Assembly (NCBI GenBank): GCA_013239625.1
Contig: MU053881.1
Span: forward strand, 13,406,879 to 13,470,878
DNA: 64,000 nucleotides
DNA from: Lama guanicoe
Lineage: Eukaryota
Direction: 5' to 3'
Part shown: piece after piece, positions 1 through 12,570 of the stretch
Numbering within the stretch: the stretch's first letter is position 1
Layout of the letters: every line of letters starts with the position of its first letter
Notes under the pieces: model-generated
What the model was told of the DNA's origin: nothing
The model's input: only the letters and a program-made list of their open reading frames with translations
The model's database searches: none
Made by a program: the position numbers and the translations under genes

Positions 1-3000
1 ATTTAGAGGCCATTCAAATATGAATTGCTCTCATAATCATGCTAATTGGCTCTCTGGCAATTCCAGAGATGACTTCTTGATGAAGATGATAATGATAAGC
101 TCTCAAGGGAATTTAAGAAAATTCAATTCTTCAGGACTTTCAAGTTATAAATCTCATATCTTTTCAAATTAAAAATAAGAAGAAACACTTTCAAATGGAT
201 GCTTGAAAAGGCTTCCTTAAAGTGATGGTGGCGTTGATAGTCATTTTCTCTAATCCTCAGGGTGGGAAGAAGGGAAGCTCTGAATTACAACGTTGTAAGT
301 TGAGTAAGAATCGCAGACTCTCCGATAATAAGACTAAGCTGTGTGTTCTACTTAGGTCCACCATTATGGTTTTCCCCAAAATATAAAAACTTTGCAGTTG
401 CTTATATTTTTTTATTCTATGTGGAGGAGAAAGATCGTTTTCTTCCTTTGTGCAGAAAAAAATAAAAATAAAACTATACAGCAGAGAAGTAGAAATTTTT
501 CTGGAATCCAGGAGCCTGGCAGTCTCACTTGGTTGCCCTATCTGACTATTTCTTTGCTGCAAAATCTCCATTTGTTTGCATGTTCACGTTCACACAACTC
601 AGAAAAGAAAACAGAGGGGAAGAACTATGATAGGTCTTCTACCCACTGACTGTCATTAATTAGGCATGAATGAGTGACTAGTCCTGACCAGAGAAGCAGG
701 CAGGTCAGTCTGTCCATGTGGCTTTTACCCATACAAGGGAAGAAAGCATTGACATATCCCTCTTTTTCACTAGATATGGCCGTATGTCAGTATGATACCA
801 AAAAACGCTGCAATCATCTTGCAACCATAAGTGAAAACATCTCCAACTTGCTAAGGATAACAGGACCTAAGTACCGAGCCCCTGGGTCCATGATACTATC
901 GCTGACTTGCTGAGGCGCTCCTGGAATCAACCTGCAGCTGGGCTGTGAGAGGGAATTTCCCACATGTCTCCAGCATTTCTGTGCATCATGCAAGCAGCGG
1001 TCCTGAGAGCATTTGTTTCTTATTATCTCTTCAAGGATGTTTGGATAATGAACAGGCTTGGAAGGTAGAGGTTGGGATTCCTTTTTCAACAAAGAGCTGG
1101 CTGTTTACTGTTCAGTATGAGAAAGGTAGTGTTTATCTCCAGGACAAAGTTTAGGCAAGCTTACAGCCTGTTAAAGAAAAGAGTCTGCCTTCCTAAGCCA
1201 AGGGTTCCTCTCCTGTAAATGCCACCAACTTGATGAACAAGCAACACCGGGCCCTTTGATTTTTCCCTGTGGAAGTGGGGCTCATCGGACCAGGGCAAAA
1301 GCTGATCCTCTGGCCCTGGTTACTGCTGTGAGTCATAAAGCCTTGTTTCTGACCCAGGGTCGTGTGTTCACTTGCGCTCATGAACCTGTTACAGGCCCGT
1401 TCTTTTTTTTTTTAACAGGTTAGAGCAAAATCTCAGACCCTTCACAGTCATTGACCCTAAGCTTCCTGCTGTGTGAGGTAGTAAAATCCCCCACTGATTT
1501 CCCCTTATTTAATGAGATATTTTGTTGTTTATGGCTAAAGGCATCCATTAAGATAGGATCACAACACTGTTTCTGGAAGAGAAGAGCAAAATCCTCTTGA
1601 TGTGTATTTTCTGTTGTCTTACAGTCAGTTGCACGGTGCAGTGAAATTGGAAGAATTCGACATCCTGAGAACTTATAAAACCATTTGATCTCTTGGCCTA
1701 AGTATTATTTTTTGTTAAGTAGTGACAGTAAATATGACCTACCTCCGTATGCTCCTGTGTAAGGGCTGTACTTTGCATATAATACATCGTAGCTTTTCTT
1801 GAATTAAAATCATAAAATTTTATTTGAATATTCTCTAGAAAGAAACTTAGAACTCTTTATATAATTAGTACAGCACCACAACGTTTTTTATTCTAATTCC
1901 AGGGTTTACAAATGGTAGATTTCTTGAATTCTAAAATAAATACCTTTATTTTTTTTTTTTTGGTTCCAAGTCAAAAAGTTTATTTTTAAATGATTTGAAG
2001 AAACTTATTTGTTATCTCTCTCTGTACCTTGTGGTTTAAATTTTTTTTTCCTTTTTTTTTTTAATTCTGTGGTCTTTATTTTATTTTTTATTTTTAAATT
2101 TTTATTGAAGTATAGTCAATATGGAAAACTAAAACACCTTTTCATTTAATTCAATTCCACCCCCTGGGGATAGAACTGCATGGAGATAAAGTCTTAGGTA
2201 CTATTACAGAATTATTTCGTTTCCTTTTTTTTTTTTTTAATAGAATCATGCCTTTAGTTGACTCACATTTACATATGTAGCCCCAAAAGCAAACAGAAAG
2301 AGCTATGTTTTTCCCTCTTTTCTTTTCTCTTTCTGTTGGTATTCTAAGAATGAACAGTGTGAACCACAGTGAATCTTTTGTGAAGTATTCATCAGTGGGG
2401 AAAATGGTATTAAAAATTCATGTGCAGTTTTTCTGTCCCATCTCCTCCCTGTGTAAAGGGAAAATATGTGCGGGGGTGAGGGCAGAGGGGGCTGGGAACC
2501 TGTGTGGAGCTGTGGGATGGTAGGACTGAAGGTGACCAGGGAGGCAGGGTAAGAGGAATGTCAGAGCTCTTATCAATTAAAAAAAAATCTTTAAAAAATA
2601 TGTGCATATATATTCACATGACCATTAGAAAGAATACAATTACTTCTATTTAAATTTAAGTTGGGTGTTCAAGATATCATTCATTAGTCCAACAAATACT
2701 GCGATTCCACCATGTTTGTGCCACTATTTTAGGTACAGAACCTACAGGGGGAACAAGAAAAACAAAGATCTTGCCCACAGATGTCTAGACTCTAGTGGAA
2801 TTCACATTACCGCGTGTGGCCTGCGATTCTTTCTCGGAAGGAATTAACTCATTGGAACATTATTTTTATTTATACCATTTTTAGGCATTCCAGTGGCCTT
2901 GTGAAAGGAGGTGAGGAAATCTGAGGAGGAAATAACGTTCAACAGAATCATAAATACATCCACTGAAACCCCTTCTTTACGGCCAGGTTCTCTTTCTTAA

Positions 3001-3829
3001 TGTCTGGGATCTTCAGTCTAGAAAATATGTATATCCTATAATTATTACCAGGATTATGAATGGATGGGTTTTGTCTGTTTGGCTTTTTAAAAAATTTTTT
3101 CCCATACCTTTGCAAACTCAGATCTCGTTTCTCAGAGCTGGAAGCAGCCTGGTCCTGCACTGCCGCCTCGCGTAGTAAGTACTGACTCCTTTCCAGCTCC
3201 CAGTTCCTTGAATTTCAAAGGTCAGCGGCATTCCAAAAAGAAGAATAAAGACCCCAAACCTTTATAAATTGTGGCAGACGCCCTCCCTGGAAACTATGTT
3301 TTTAAAATACTTAAATCAAAACCATAAAGAAAGTGATAGCCACAGTATATTGATACATTCCTTCCAAGTTCAGGTTTTTAAACAATAAAGCATTTGTGGG
3401 CCTTTAATTTACCCTTTATTCTGTGTTATATCTTCCATAAATACAGACTTCCAAAACCACAAAGAAAAAAACTAAAATTCCTAAGAACGTTTGCGCTCTC
3501 ACTAAGAATTTATGTTGTGTTTCCTTTTGTCAAGTGGCAATATTGTTTTTACAAGGGGGGCTGGACAAATGATGAGTAATAATTATCCTGGTTCCCAGTC
3601 TTAGTCTGTCATCTGAATTTACCTTATTTCCACATGCCTAGTAGTTATTCAGAGCATCTGTATAGATGAAAAGTAGAATTCAACCTAGAACATAGTCCTC
3701 GAATGGAGTTGTCTTAAGCCCAATTGTCTCTAGCCCAGTGATGCTAGACCCAAGAACCATAAAACAAATGAAACGTAATCCTTTAACAGGAAACTCGTTT
3801 TGGTAATAAGTAAACACCAATTTGATAAA

Positions 3830-4200
3830 CAAATTCATTCATGTATTCATAAATAAGGTATAGAGAAAATTCAGAGAAAAGTGTGACCGCCTCAGTTAAA
3901 GGAGGACCGGGCATGGCTTTCTGGGGAGCAAGGCAGCGACTGAAGTTTTAAGGTTGAATTTAAGTTTGTCAGATCAAAAAAACAAACATCCCATAAGGTA
4001 TAAAAGCTTGGGGGAAAACCACAGAATGTAATGGACAGACTCATTACTGCTTCAGCACGAAGTATGTTTATTTTTGTGTATGAATGTTTGTGTGTGATGG
4101 ATGAGTGAAGTTTACTTATGAGGGTGAGAATAGAGAGAGACAGAGGAACCAGATCATGAGGAATTTTAAATGCTTGAATTTTATCCCACAAAATAAAAGA
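3830..4200 (-). mobile_element. Degraded L2 LINE fragment
   Basis: Starts with ATTCATTCAT, the reverse of the L2 3' TGAA tail, and has L2-like motifs such as 'ccagatcatgaggaattttaaatgc'. Boundaries approximate. Confidence 0.5.
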
Positions 4201-4217
4201 AAACCAAGAGCTGGTTA

Positions 4218-4255
4218 AAAAAAAACAAAAAACAAACAAACAAACAAACAAAAAA
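4218..4255. repeat. A-rich (AAAC)n microsatellite
   Basis: Directly visible tandem repeat. Confidence 0.85.
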
Positions 4256-4689
4256 CCCATTAGATGTAAGTATCACATGGCCGTAGACAAAAATTAAACT
4301 GTAGTTGGCAACTGGATAGTATTCAGAAATAAAATGCAACCTTAGCAATAGGAAATATTCAAGTTGTTACACACTGAATGTTTTGCATATGAAATTATAT
4401 CTAGCTTAGTGTTCCGTTTGTATTAAGAGTTGGCATCTGCAGGGAAGGGTCCTGTTCCGTGTGAGTTTGCTCTAACTGCTGCAGAGCTCAGGCAGCTGGG
4501 ACAGAGAAGGAGGGAGACACATGTCTGTCTGTTGTTCAGAGACTTGGAACCCTGTCAGAAACTTCACTGTCACCATGTGCCTAATGCTGTGCAAAATACT
4601 CTCTCCCCTCCTCCTTTACACCCCTCCAAAGACAGCAGGTGGGTCGTGAAAATGTAGTGCATATATGTATATTTTGCCAGTTCTTAGTT

Positions 4690-5050
4690 CGTTATCCACA
4701 CAACAGCCAGAGTGACCATTCAAAAAGTCGAATCAGATCATGTCACTCCTCTAACTTAAAACCGTCATTGGCTTCCCACTGCACTTAGAATAAAATCTGT
4801 ACTTCTTTACCTAACCTACAGGATCAGTAGGATCTACTCCTCCAATCTCATTTCAGACACTTTCCTTGTCCGTCACTCACTAAATTCCAACTAGGTTGGC
4901 CTTTGGCCAGTTTCTAGAATAATTCATGCTCTTTCCTGACATGCGGACCCTGGAACTCACTGATTCTTCTGCATAAGATATCCTTCCCATTAGCAGAGTG
5001 GCTCCTTCGTACACTATATGTTATAGATTAAATGTCACTCAACTCAGAAA
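4690..5050 (+). mobile_element. L2 LINE 3' fragment
   Basis: 'tccacacaacagccagagtgaccattcaaaagtcgaatcagatcatgtcactcctctaacttaaaaccgtcattggcttcccactgcacttagaataaaatc' matches the characteristic L2 3' region. Confidence 0.75.
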
Positions 5051-5629
5051 GGACATTCCATATGGCCCAAACTACTATTACATTATGCTGCTGTCCGTGG
5101 CCACGGTGACATTAACTGTTGGAAGCAAGATGGAAACAGTTGGCACAATGGGCTGCCCACAGGGTTTGGACTCAACTCTGTGGCTGAAATTCCAGTTGTA
5201 CAACTTACAAGCTGTGAGTGTTTGGATATGTTCCTTAAAAATAAGTTTCTCTTAGCCTCATTCATAGATTCATTGATTCATTCAGGCACTATTCTCAACA
5301 CTGGGGTTAAAGCAGTGACCAGGACAGACAATTCCTCCACATCATTGATGATGGAGGATACGGATCATAAATGTGTATTACAATTTCAGGCAGTGATGAG
5401 TGATCTGACTTGCTGGAGTCTCTTTTCCACAGTTTGATCAAGGAAAGTCTTTCTTTAAAAAAATGGCATTTTAGCAAAGTGACAATGGTATTTACTATGG
5501 TGTAAAGTGAAAGTAGTGACAGAGAATGTCAGCAAGTACCAATCTGGAAACAGAATCCCGGAGTGCTCCAGGATTAAAATGTATAGACACTGGGACCATT
5601 CTACAAGGTTGCTGTTCTGGGAATTAAGT

Positions 5630-7200
5630 GCATCACTTAGTCTATTGTTCCTTCTAGTTTGTTTGTTTTTTTTTCCCTCCCAGCTATTGAATTCTTCAAT
5701 TCTAATTGGGTCTGTTTTATTTTCCAGCTTCTTGTTAAATTGTTCACTGTTTACATCAAGGATTCCCCCCCTAATTCAGTTAACATTTTAATTACCAGTG
5801 CTTTGAATTATTTATCTGGTAAATTGTTTATTTCTATTTCATTATTTATTTTTCCAGGGTTTTTGTTGTTGTTGTTGCTCTGTCAACTGAGCGCAGTTTC
5901 TCTGCCTTTCCATTTTGCTTTAACTTTCTCTGCATCTATGGGTTTGAGTGAAAGGTATCTATTGCGGTCTTGATTAAGTGTTCTCATGTGGGAGTGTCCC
6001 TGTACAGATCAGATGTGCCCAGTGCCTTTGGTGGGAGAACAAGCTAGATCTGACCTGAATGCAAGTCCCATCTGTCCTCAGGCTGTACTGGCTGCTATCA
6101 CCATGGTAGGGGGTGGGACTGGAGATGGAGGGGCTAGAGCTGACACCAGGTGTAACATGGGACTTCCTCGCTGTCCTACCTGGGGTGGGGTCTGAGCCCA
6201 AGTTGCTAGAGCAGAAGCCCTGGGGGTCGGTACCAAGCTGGCTCTGTTCCCTTTACATCTGTGTGTTTCTCTCTCCCAGCACCAGGACTCTTGCCCCAGA
6301 GGGGGTCGTGCTGAAGTAAGTGGGGCCCCCGCAGGTTCTGAGCTTGCATCAGCCACAGACAGAGGTCCAGTGTGCAAGTACTGGTAGCTCCTCTCAGACG
6401 TATCCTCTGGTGCAAGTCCCCTTTGTCCATCACAGCCGATCACTGACCCCAGCCTCTGCCACTCTGCCCCGTTGTGGAACGGCTTTGCAGGGTGGCAGGG
6501 CTCTCGTGGACTCTTGGCACATATCAGGAGGTGAGCTGTGGTTGGGCAGCCACCATCAGAGATCTGGGCTGCTTCCGAGGTACTACTTGAATAAGTACCA
6601 GCCCTGGCCACTGTCCCATCCAGGCTCTGTCCCAGGATCAGGTCATCTCTGCGTGGTTGAGTCTTTTCTCCTGTCCTGGCGCTGTGATGTGGAGTGAGTG
6701 GTGCTGAAGCATTTGCATAGCGAGGTGGTTGCTGGAAATCCAGCAGCGTTTAGAGCAGACCTCTCCCTGCCCTGCCTTGTAGGGAGGCCAGCATGTGCGC
6801 GCCTCATGAGCGGAGTCTAGGATTCCCACAGCCCTTCCGTTATTTCCTGTGGTCCTCTAACCAGCCAAGGGGGCCTCATCTTCCCCTCGTAGGACCTCAG
6901 GACCAGGGTGCCTGATCTGCGGTTCAGACTGCTCACCATCCAGGGCAGGTGTCTGCCCATGTGATTCTCTTCCTCTGAGTCCCCTCCCAGGGGCACAGGT
7001 CCTGACCTGATCACTTTTCTTCCCTTCTTACCCGATTTGGTGTGTATCTTTTCTTATAGCCTTGGTTGTATAGGAGTCCTTCTGGCAACTTCCAGTTAGA
7101 TTTCAGTGATCACTGTTCCATACGCAGATGTATTTTTGATGTGTTCATGGCGGGAGGTGAGCTCCACACTCCACTTACTCTGCCGTCTTGATCTGCCTTC
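5630..7200 (-). mobile_element. L1 5' end (GC-richer 5'UTR plus start of ORF1), lacking its 3' portion
   Basis: The minus strand begins 'ggaaggcagatcaagacggcagagtaagtggagtgtggagctcacctcccgcc', the typical L1M 5' terminus with a degenerate YY1 motif (CAAGATGGC). 5640-5960 is T-rich antisense ORF1-like sequence. Confidence 0.75.
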
Positions 7201-7368
7201 CGTGGGCTGTGGTAAGCCTTGACCTCGGGTAGCGTCCGTCCTCCGACTTCGTTCTTCTTCACTATTGTGTTGACTATTCTGGGTCCTTTCTCTTCCCGTA
7301 TAAAGTTTAGAATCAGCTTATTGATATCGACAAAACAACTTTCTGAGCTTTTGATGGGGATTTTGTTG
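7201..7368 (-). mobile_element. Older L1 ORF2 fragment
   Basis: 'ttcttcttcactattgtgttgactattctgggtcctttctcttcccgtataaagtttagaatcagctt' is antisense L1 ORF2, the ILxFIxxxKGPRIxxTI region. Confidence 0.75.
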
Positions 7369-7795
7369 GTCCATGCTAGTATTATGATGAATGCTTGTTA
7401 CAGGTTTCTAGGTGCTATTTCTATACTGAAGGGTGAAACAAACACATTTAGATGGTTTTATTTATTCTAGACCGAAGGACAGGAGTGCCATCTGCTGAGT
7501 TATTGTTTATGTTTTCTGTCTAGCTCAGATTAAAATGTGGAGACAGTGAACTCTGCCATGAGATCACGTGGTAAGTCAGTATCCCACAAAACTCCAAGGC
7601 ACCATGGATCATTTTTTTCAGTGTACAGTTTTTTCCGTTTATAATGAAGCCACTAAATTAGTCATCTTCAACAAATGTTTCATTAAATTATTGATTTTTT
7701 AATTATGTTGTATTTTTCTTTTACAAGTTATCCTTAGACCCTTTCTATCTGGCTCTACATTACCTATAGGTAAAATAAAAATCTACCAAGGAATC

Positions 7796-7893
7796 GTTTT
7801 TTTAAATTAAAAAATTTTTTATTGAAGCATATAGTTGATTTACAATGTTTCAGGTGTACAGCAAAGTGATTTCAGTGAGAATTGTTCCACGTG

Positions 7894-7924
<31 letters not shown>

Positions 7925-8557
7925 TCTTTTTCAGATTATTTTCCATTATAGGTTATTACAAGATATTGAATATGGTTCCCTGTGCTATATAGTAGTTCCT
8001 TGTTTGTCTATTTTATATAGAGTAGTGTGTATCTGTTAATCCCAAATTCCTAATTTATCCCTCTCCCCTTTCCCCTTTGTAAGTCTGTTTTCTATGTCTG
8101 TGAGTCCATTTCTGTTTTGTAAATAAGTTTATTTGTATCATTTTTTTTAGATTCCACATATAAGTCATATTGTATGATATTTCTCTTTTTCTGCCTGACT
8201 TACTTCACTTAGTATTATAATTTCTAAGTCCATCCATGTTGCTGCAAAAGTCATTATTTCACTCTTTTTTATGGCTGAGTAGTATTCCATTGTATGTATA
8301 TACCACATCTTCTTTATCCATTCATCTGTCCATGGACATTTAAGACTGTCTTGGCTATTGTAAACAGTGCTGCTATAAACATTGTAGGGCATGTATCTTT
8401 TCGAATTATAGTTTTCATCTTTTCTACGTATATGGCCAAGAGTGGGATTGTCAGATCATATGATAAGTCTATTTTTTGGTTTTTAAAGGTACCTCCATAC
8501 AATTTTCCATACTGGCTTCACCAATTTACATTTCCACCAACAGTTAGGAGAGTTCCC
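7796..8557 (-). mobile_element. 5'-truncated L1 (ORF2 C-terminus, 3'UTR, polyA) with 14-bp TSD
   Basis: ORF track gives 'KCPWTDEWIKKMWYIHTMEYYSAIKK' and 'PTMFIAALFTIAK'. TSD is tctaccaaggaatc (7782-7795) / tctaccaaagaatc (8558-8571), one mismatch. Confidence 0.93.
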
Positions 8558-9935
8558 TCTACCAAAGAATCTTAATGAGAAATCACTTATTTTAGTTTTG
8601 TTGCTGTTTTGCCTGTTTTTAAGTCATTTTTTTTCCAAATGATACAACACATACTAAACCAAAAATAGTGAAAAGTTTAGAAACTTAAAACATGGAAAAA
8701 TATAATGATAATCTCACTGTTCAAGTATGTCTACCATTAATATTTTATTTCTCATTCTCTTTAGCTTTTGTTGTTCATGGAAATATAAACACCTATACAT
8801 GGAAATTATTCTCTCTTATTCTTCATAAATGCTTAAAAAATGACCACTTTTGGAAATCCAGATTCAAGTTAGTAAACAGTGTTAACCTGGCCCTAAAAAT
8901 TAATCCAATATTCCACAAACTGGATAGATTTATATTTAGGCTGCCAGCAATTTAAAATTTTTATTTAATTAATATTTTCATAATGCCTCTGGATTTTAAG
9001 TACATTTTATCACAACTAGAGTCTTTCAGAAATCCAGTTACTATTAGTAGTATTCCAGATTCACAACTTTTTTCAAGTATGTACATGTATTTGGTTAGTC
9101 AACCCTCCTATTTAATATTTTCCAAATGGCATTTTCAATTCAGTATAGTTGATAATTTCTAACTACTTGCCAAGGAAGATATAAATCATTAAGTATAAAA
9201 CATTGTTTTTTAAAATTTTTTGTATGCCTATCATATTGTGGTTAGGGTATGTATGAATATATATATATTCATTACCCTTAAATTCCTGTACCTATGAAAT
9301 ATAAACACTCTCAACTTTTACAAATACAGGTAAATGTAAATTCAAGATTCGATGCCTATTTATCTGAAGGCGTTAGAATAGATTTTTTTAAATTGAAAAG
9401 TAACTTATATTGTGTTTAATTTTGTAAGCATTTTTTCCAGTTTTAAGTACATAGTATTTAAATGAAATGGTTCTTTTCCAATAGAGCCACCATGCCCAGA
9501 AGAAAGCGGGGAGTGAAATCAGAAATGGAATCTGAATTGGGGCCGCACACTGTCTAATTTATGCTCTCCTGAGAAAACATTTTCAACTCTAATTCTTTTA
9601 GTCACAGCAGACTTAAAGGATTTAAAGAGATTCCTAGTTTTGTTGGAAGTAGTCTTTCCCAACCTCTAAATAACAAATTAATCCCCTTCACTATCGCTAT
9701 GACATGCTATCTCTGCTATGGTCATTTTTTTTTTAAAGCATGACAAAAAACTACAAAACATGGATTCATATGTTTAAACTCATTTAATCAAGGAAATTGC
9801 ATGAAAATGTCTTTTAATAGTTGTTTTGCCCGAAGCAGATTTTTAGCATATGATTTTATCTAAAAGTTTTCCATACTTGTCACCTTACAGTTCCCTTAAT
9901 GTTTGATCTTAGACCACTTTAATAATCAAGAGATT

Positions 9936-10065
9936 AGAGGGAGGGTATAGCTCAGTGGTAGAGCACATGCTTAGCATGCACGAAGTCCTCGGTTCAATCC
10001 CCAGTACCTCCATTAAAATAAATAAACCTAATTACCCCCCCAAAACAAACAAACAAACAAACAAA
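9936..10065 (+). mobile_element. tRNA-derived SINE, camelid Vic-1 type, with 15-bp TSD
   Basis: Pol III A box 'tagctcagtggt', B box 'ggttcaatccc', tail 'aataaacctaattaccccccc' plus (AAAC)n. Perfect TSD aataatcaagagatt at 9921-9935 and 10066-10080. Confidence 0.93.
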
Positions 10066-10725
10066 AATAATCAAGAGATTGATAGAAAGATGAGCTGAAA
10101 AAAGTACAGGAAAATTCTATATTGAAAATAATCTCTAATAGTAAATAACAGCTAATGAGATTAGAATTCCACATTGCATTTAACTAGCTCTGTCACTTTG
10201 GGCACGTCACAGTCTTCTGATCAATAAAACAAATATATTGAAGTAGAAGTGATCTGTAAAAATATTTTTTACTTTTTATGTCCAATTACTCTAACAGTCT
10301 ACTTAAGTCAGGTAACCTTTCTGACTTTGGAAGAAATGACATTACACTATTTGCAGTTCCCGCCACCCCGTTGCCACCCTCCAGTCTTTGAGTCAGAATT
10401 AGCCACTCCCACAAACATTGATTACACCTTCTGAACAGCACTTACGCTCTCCTACCTTATTTGACAAATTGTTCCCATCACAGTCTATACTTCCAGATTT
10501 TTATGACCACTTGTGCATTTTACAGTTTCAGGGATCACCATGGAGGGAGAGACACTAGGCAGGGCCCCCGGGTAGCTGTCAGAGTATCACCACGTACAGC
10601 TCGGATTTTCAACTTGTTACTTCCAATAGCATGTCAGTTGCTGGAAGACCAAGACTGCGTTTTGTTCTTCTTATAGAGAGCGCAAAGCCTAGCTTAATGT
10701 TTTGTACCTGGTGGACTTTTACTAA

Positions 10726-10752
10726 ACACACACACACACACACACACACACG
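10726..10752. repeat. (CA)n microsatellite
   Basis: Directly visible. Confidence 0.95.
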
Positions 10753-11479
10753 CTGAATAAATATGTGAATGATGAATTGATGTATAATTCATTATTTGGC
10801 AATTAATTCCTAGTCAGGTTTAACATGGAAAACACATTCATACATCAGATTTGACTGCTAATATCTCTTTGAAAACAGATCTTATAAAGCGGGATCCACA
10901 GCCAGTAAATGCAGGCAGATAAACACAGATGGGAGAGAGGGTGCTAAGGGAAAAAGAAAAAAATCCATAAAACCTGAGATTGCAGTTGTTATTTTTCTCA
11001 GGATGTAATTTTTGTTTTGCCTTGTTTTTCGTCTTCCCTGTTTTTGGAGGTTTCAGGTAATGATTGAAATTAGGTAAAACTCTATTAGAATGTCTTTTGG
11101 ACCCTTTTAAAACCTGTTTAAGCAAAAAAAAATTCCTCTTTTATTATTGGGAAGATATTTTGAAAGCAATGATACTCTCTAAGCTAAAATATACCTTGCA
11201 AAATTGAAATTATGAAGGATTTCCAAAAGTGATGGCTAATCAGTGATAAATTACTCAGTTTAAAATTAATGCACCTGCTTAATTTTTCAATAATTATTTA
11301 AATATGGAGTTATAACATTATAAGTATTTAGACAAGTATCCTTGGTTATTGCTTCAAGTCCCTGATTATGTGTAGTCTATTAAAATGAATCTAAGATATA
11401 TATATAGTTGTATTTATGTATTATTAAATTTTTCTTGTATTAGTAGCTTTCACTCAATGCTATATTTGTATATAGTCCT

Positions 11480-11855
11480 ATTAAGTGTAAGACAGTGTTC
11501 TAGGTACTGGTTGGTGTTAGTGAAAAAGGAGCTAGAAATCTCTGCCCACGTGGAGCTTTCATCCTAGCGGCTGGAGATCACATAAACAGTGTAAAAATTG
11601 TATAATTTGCTTTGAGATGTCAAGTGCTGGAGAGAAAAATAAAGCAAGCCAGGGGAATAGGAAGTATAGCCATTGTAAATAGAGTGAAGACCTCACTGAG
11701 CAGATGGTATCTGAGCAACGTTTTGAAGTGAGGAAGAAAGACCAGTGGGGGTTTAAGGACATGTTCTGAACAAAAGGAACATTAGCGACAAAGTTCGAAC
11801 ACTAGGTGCCTCGTGTGTTAAAGATGTCAGGCTAGCTGGTGAGGAATGAGTGACT
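11480..11855 (-). mobile_element. L2 LINE fragment
   Basis: 'gacagtgttctaggtactgg...tctgcccacgtggagctttcatcctag...gaagacctcactgagcagatggtatctgagcaacg' is antisense L2 3' region. Confidence 0.65.
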
Positions 11856-12394
11856 TTAAAAATGACTTAAAGGTGATTTACCAATAAAGGAAAAAATCTC
11901 CCTCTTGAAATTCTCACACACTGCACAAATATAAAATCAGTAAAGCTCGTGTCTCTCCCCAAATTTTATACCATAGAAACAGAGAGCAGGTGCCTTCTGA
12001 TTATAACCACTAATGAAGCTGAGCTGAAATAAAGCCCACAGAACCTGTTTGAGACGAAAGCTTGTAAACCAAGGACCAACAGGTTTTTTTCTCCATCTGT
12101 CCTCTCCCTCCATCTATACTGCATAGGAGAATGTATCTCTGTATTAACCTACGTAGAAACCAGCCACAGAAATCATATTTGATCTCCCCCCCCCTTTTTT
12201 TTCTTGAAACTGTCCCAAAGGCAGTTATCCCTGCTTGAAAAATAAAGCAGACCATTATGATGTGATGGGGGTGCGGGGCAGGCTGAATGTGGATTATTTC
12301 CAGCTGAAGACAATCGGGGCCCAACAGACTCAAGAAGAGGCTAGATTTTTACAGTTGGTGCTCTTACCACAAAAGGGAAAAAACAAACAAGCAA

Positions 12395-12570
12395 AAAAAA
12401 AAAATCCACAAGAGGGACAAGAGGAAATCTTTGTAGGTGATGAATAAATTTACGACGTTAACAGTGAGGATGGTTTTGAGAGTCTATATCTATCTCCAAA
12501 CATCACATTGTGGAAATTAAATATTCACGGCTTTTTATTTGTTAACCGTACCTCAATAAAGCAGTTAAAA
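12395..12570 (+). mobile_element. Old L1 (L1MB/MC-like) 3' end fragment
   Basis: 'gaggaaatctttgtaggtgatgaataaattt...tacctcaataaagcagttaaaa' resembles an old L1 3'UTR terminus. Confidence 0.7.

Noticed and set aside
6078..6697. 177-aa and 125-aa overlapping ORFs
   Set aside because: They lie in a GC-richer L1 5'UTR where stop codons are scarce, and I see no recognisable protein features.
9940..10012. tRNA-like gene (also 50280-50352)
   Set aside because: It has A and B boxes but also a SINE tail, an A-rich end and a TSD, so it is a tRNA-derived SINE, not a tRNA gene.
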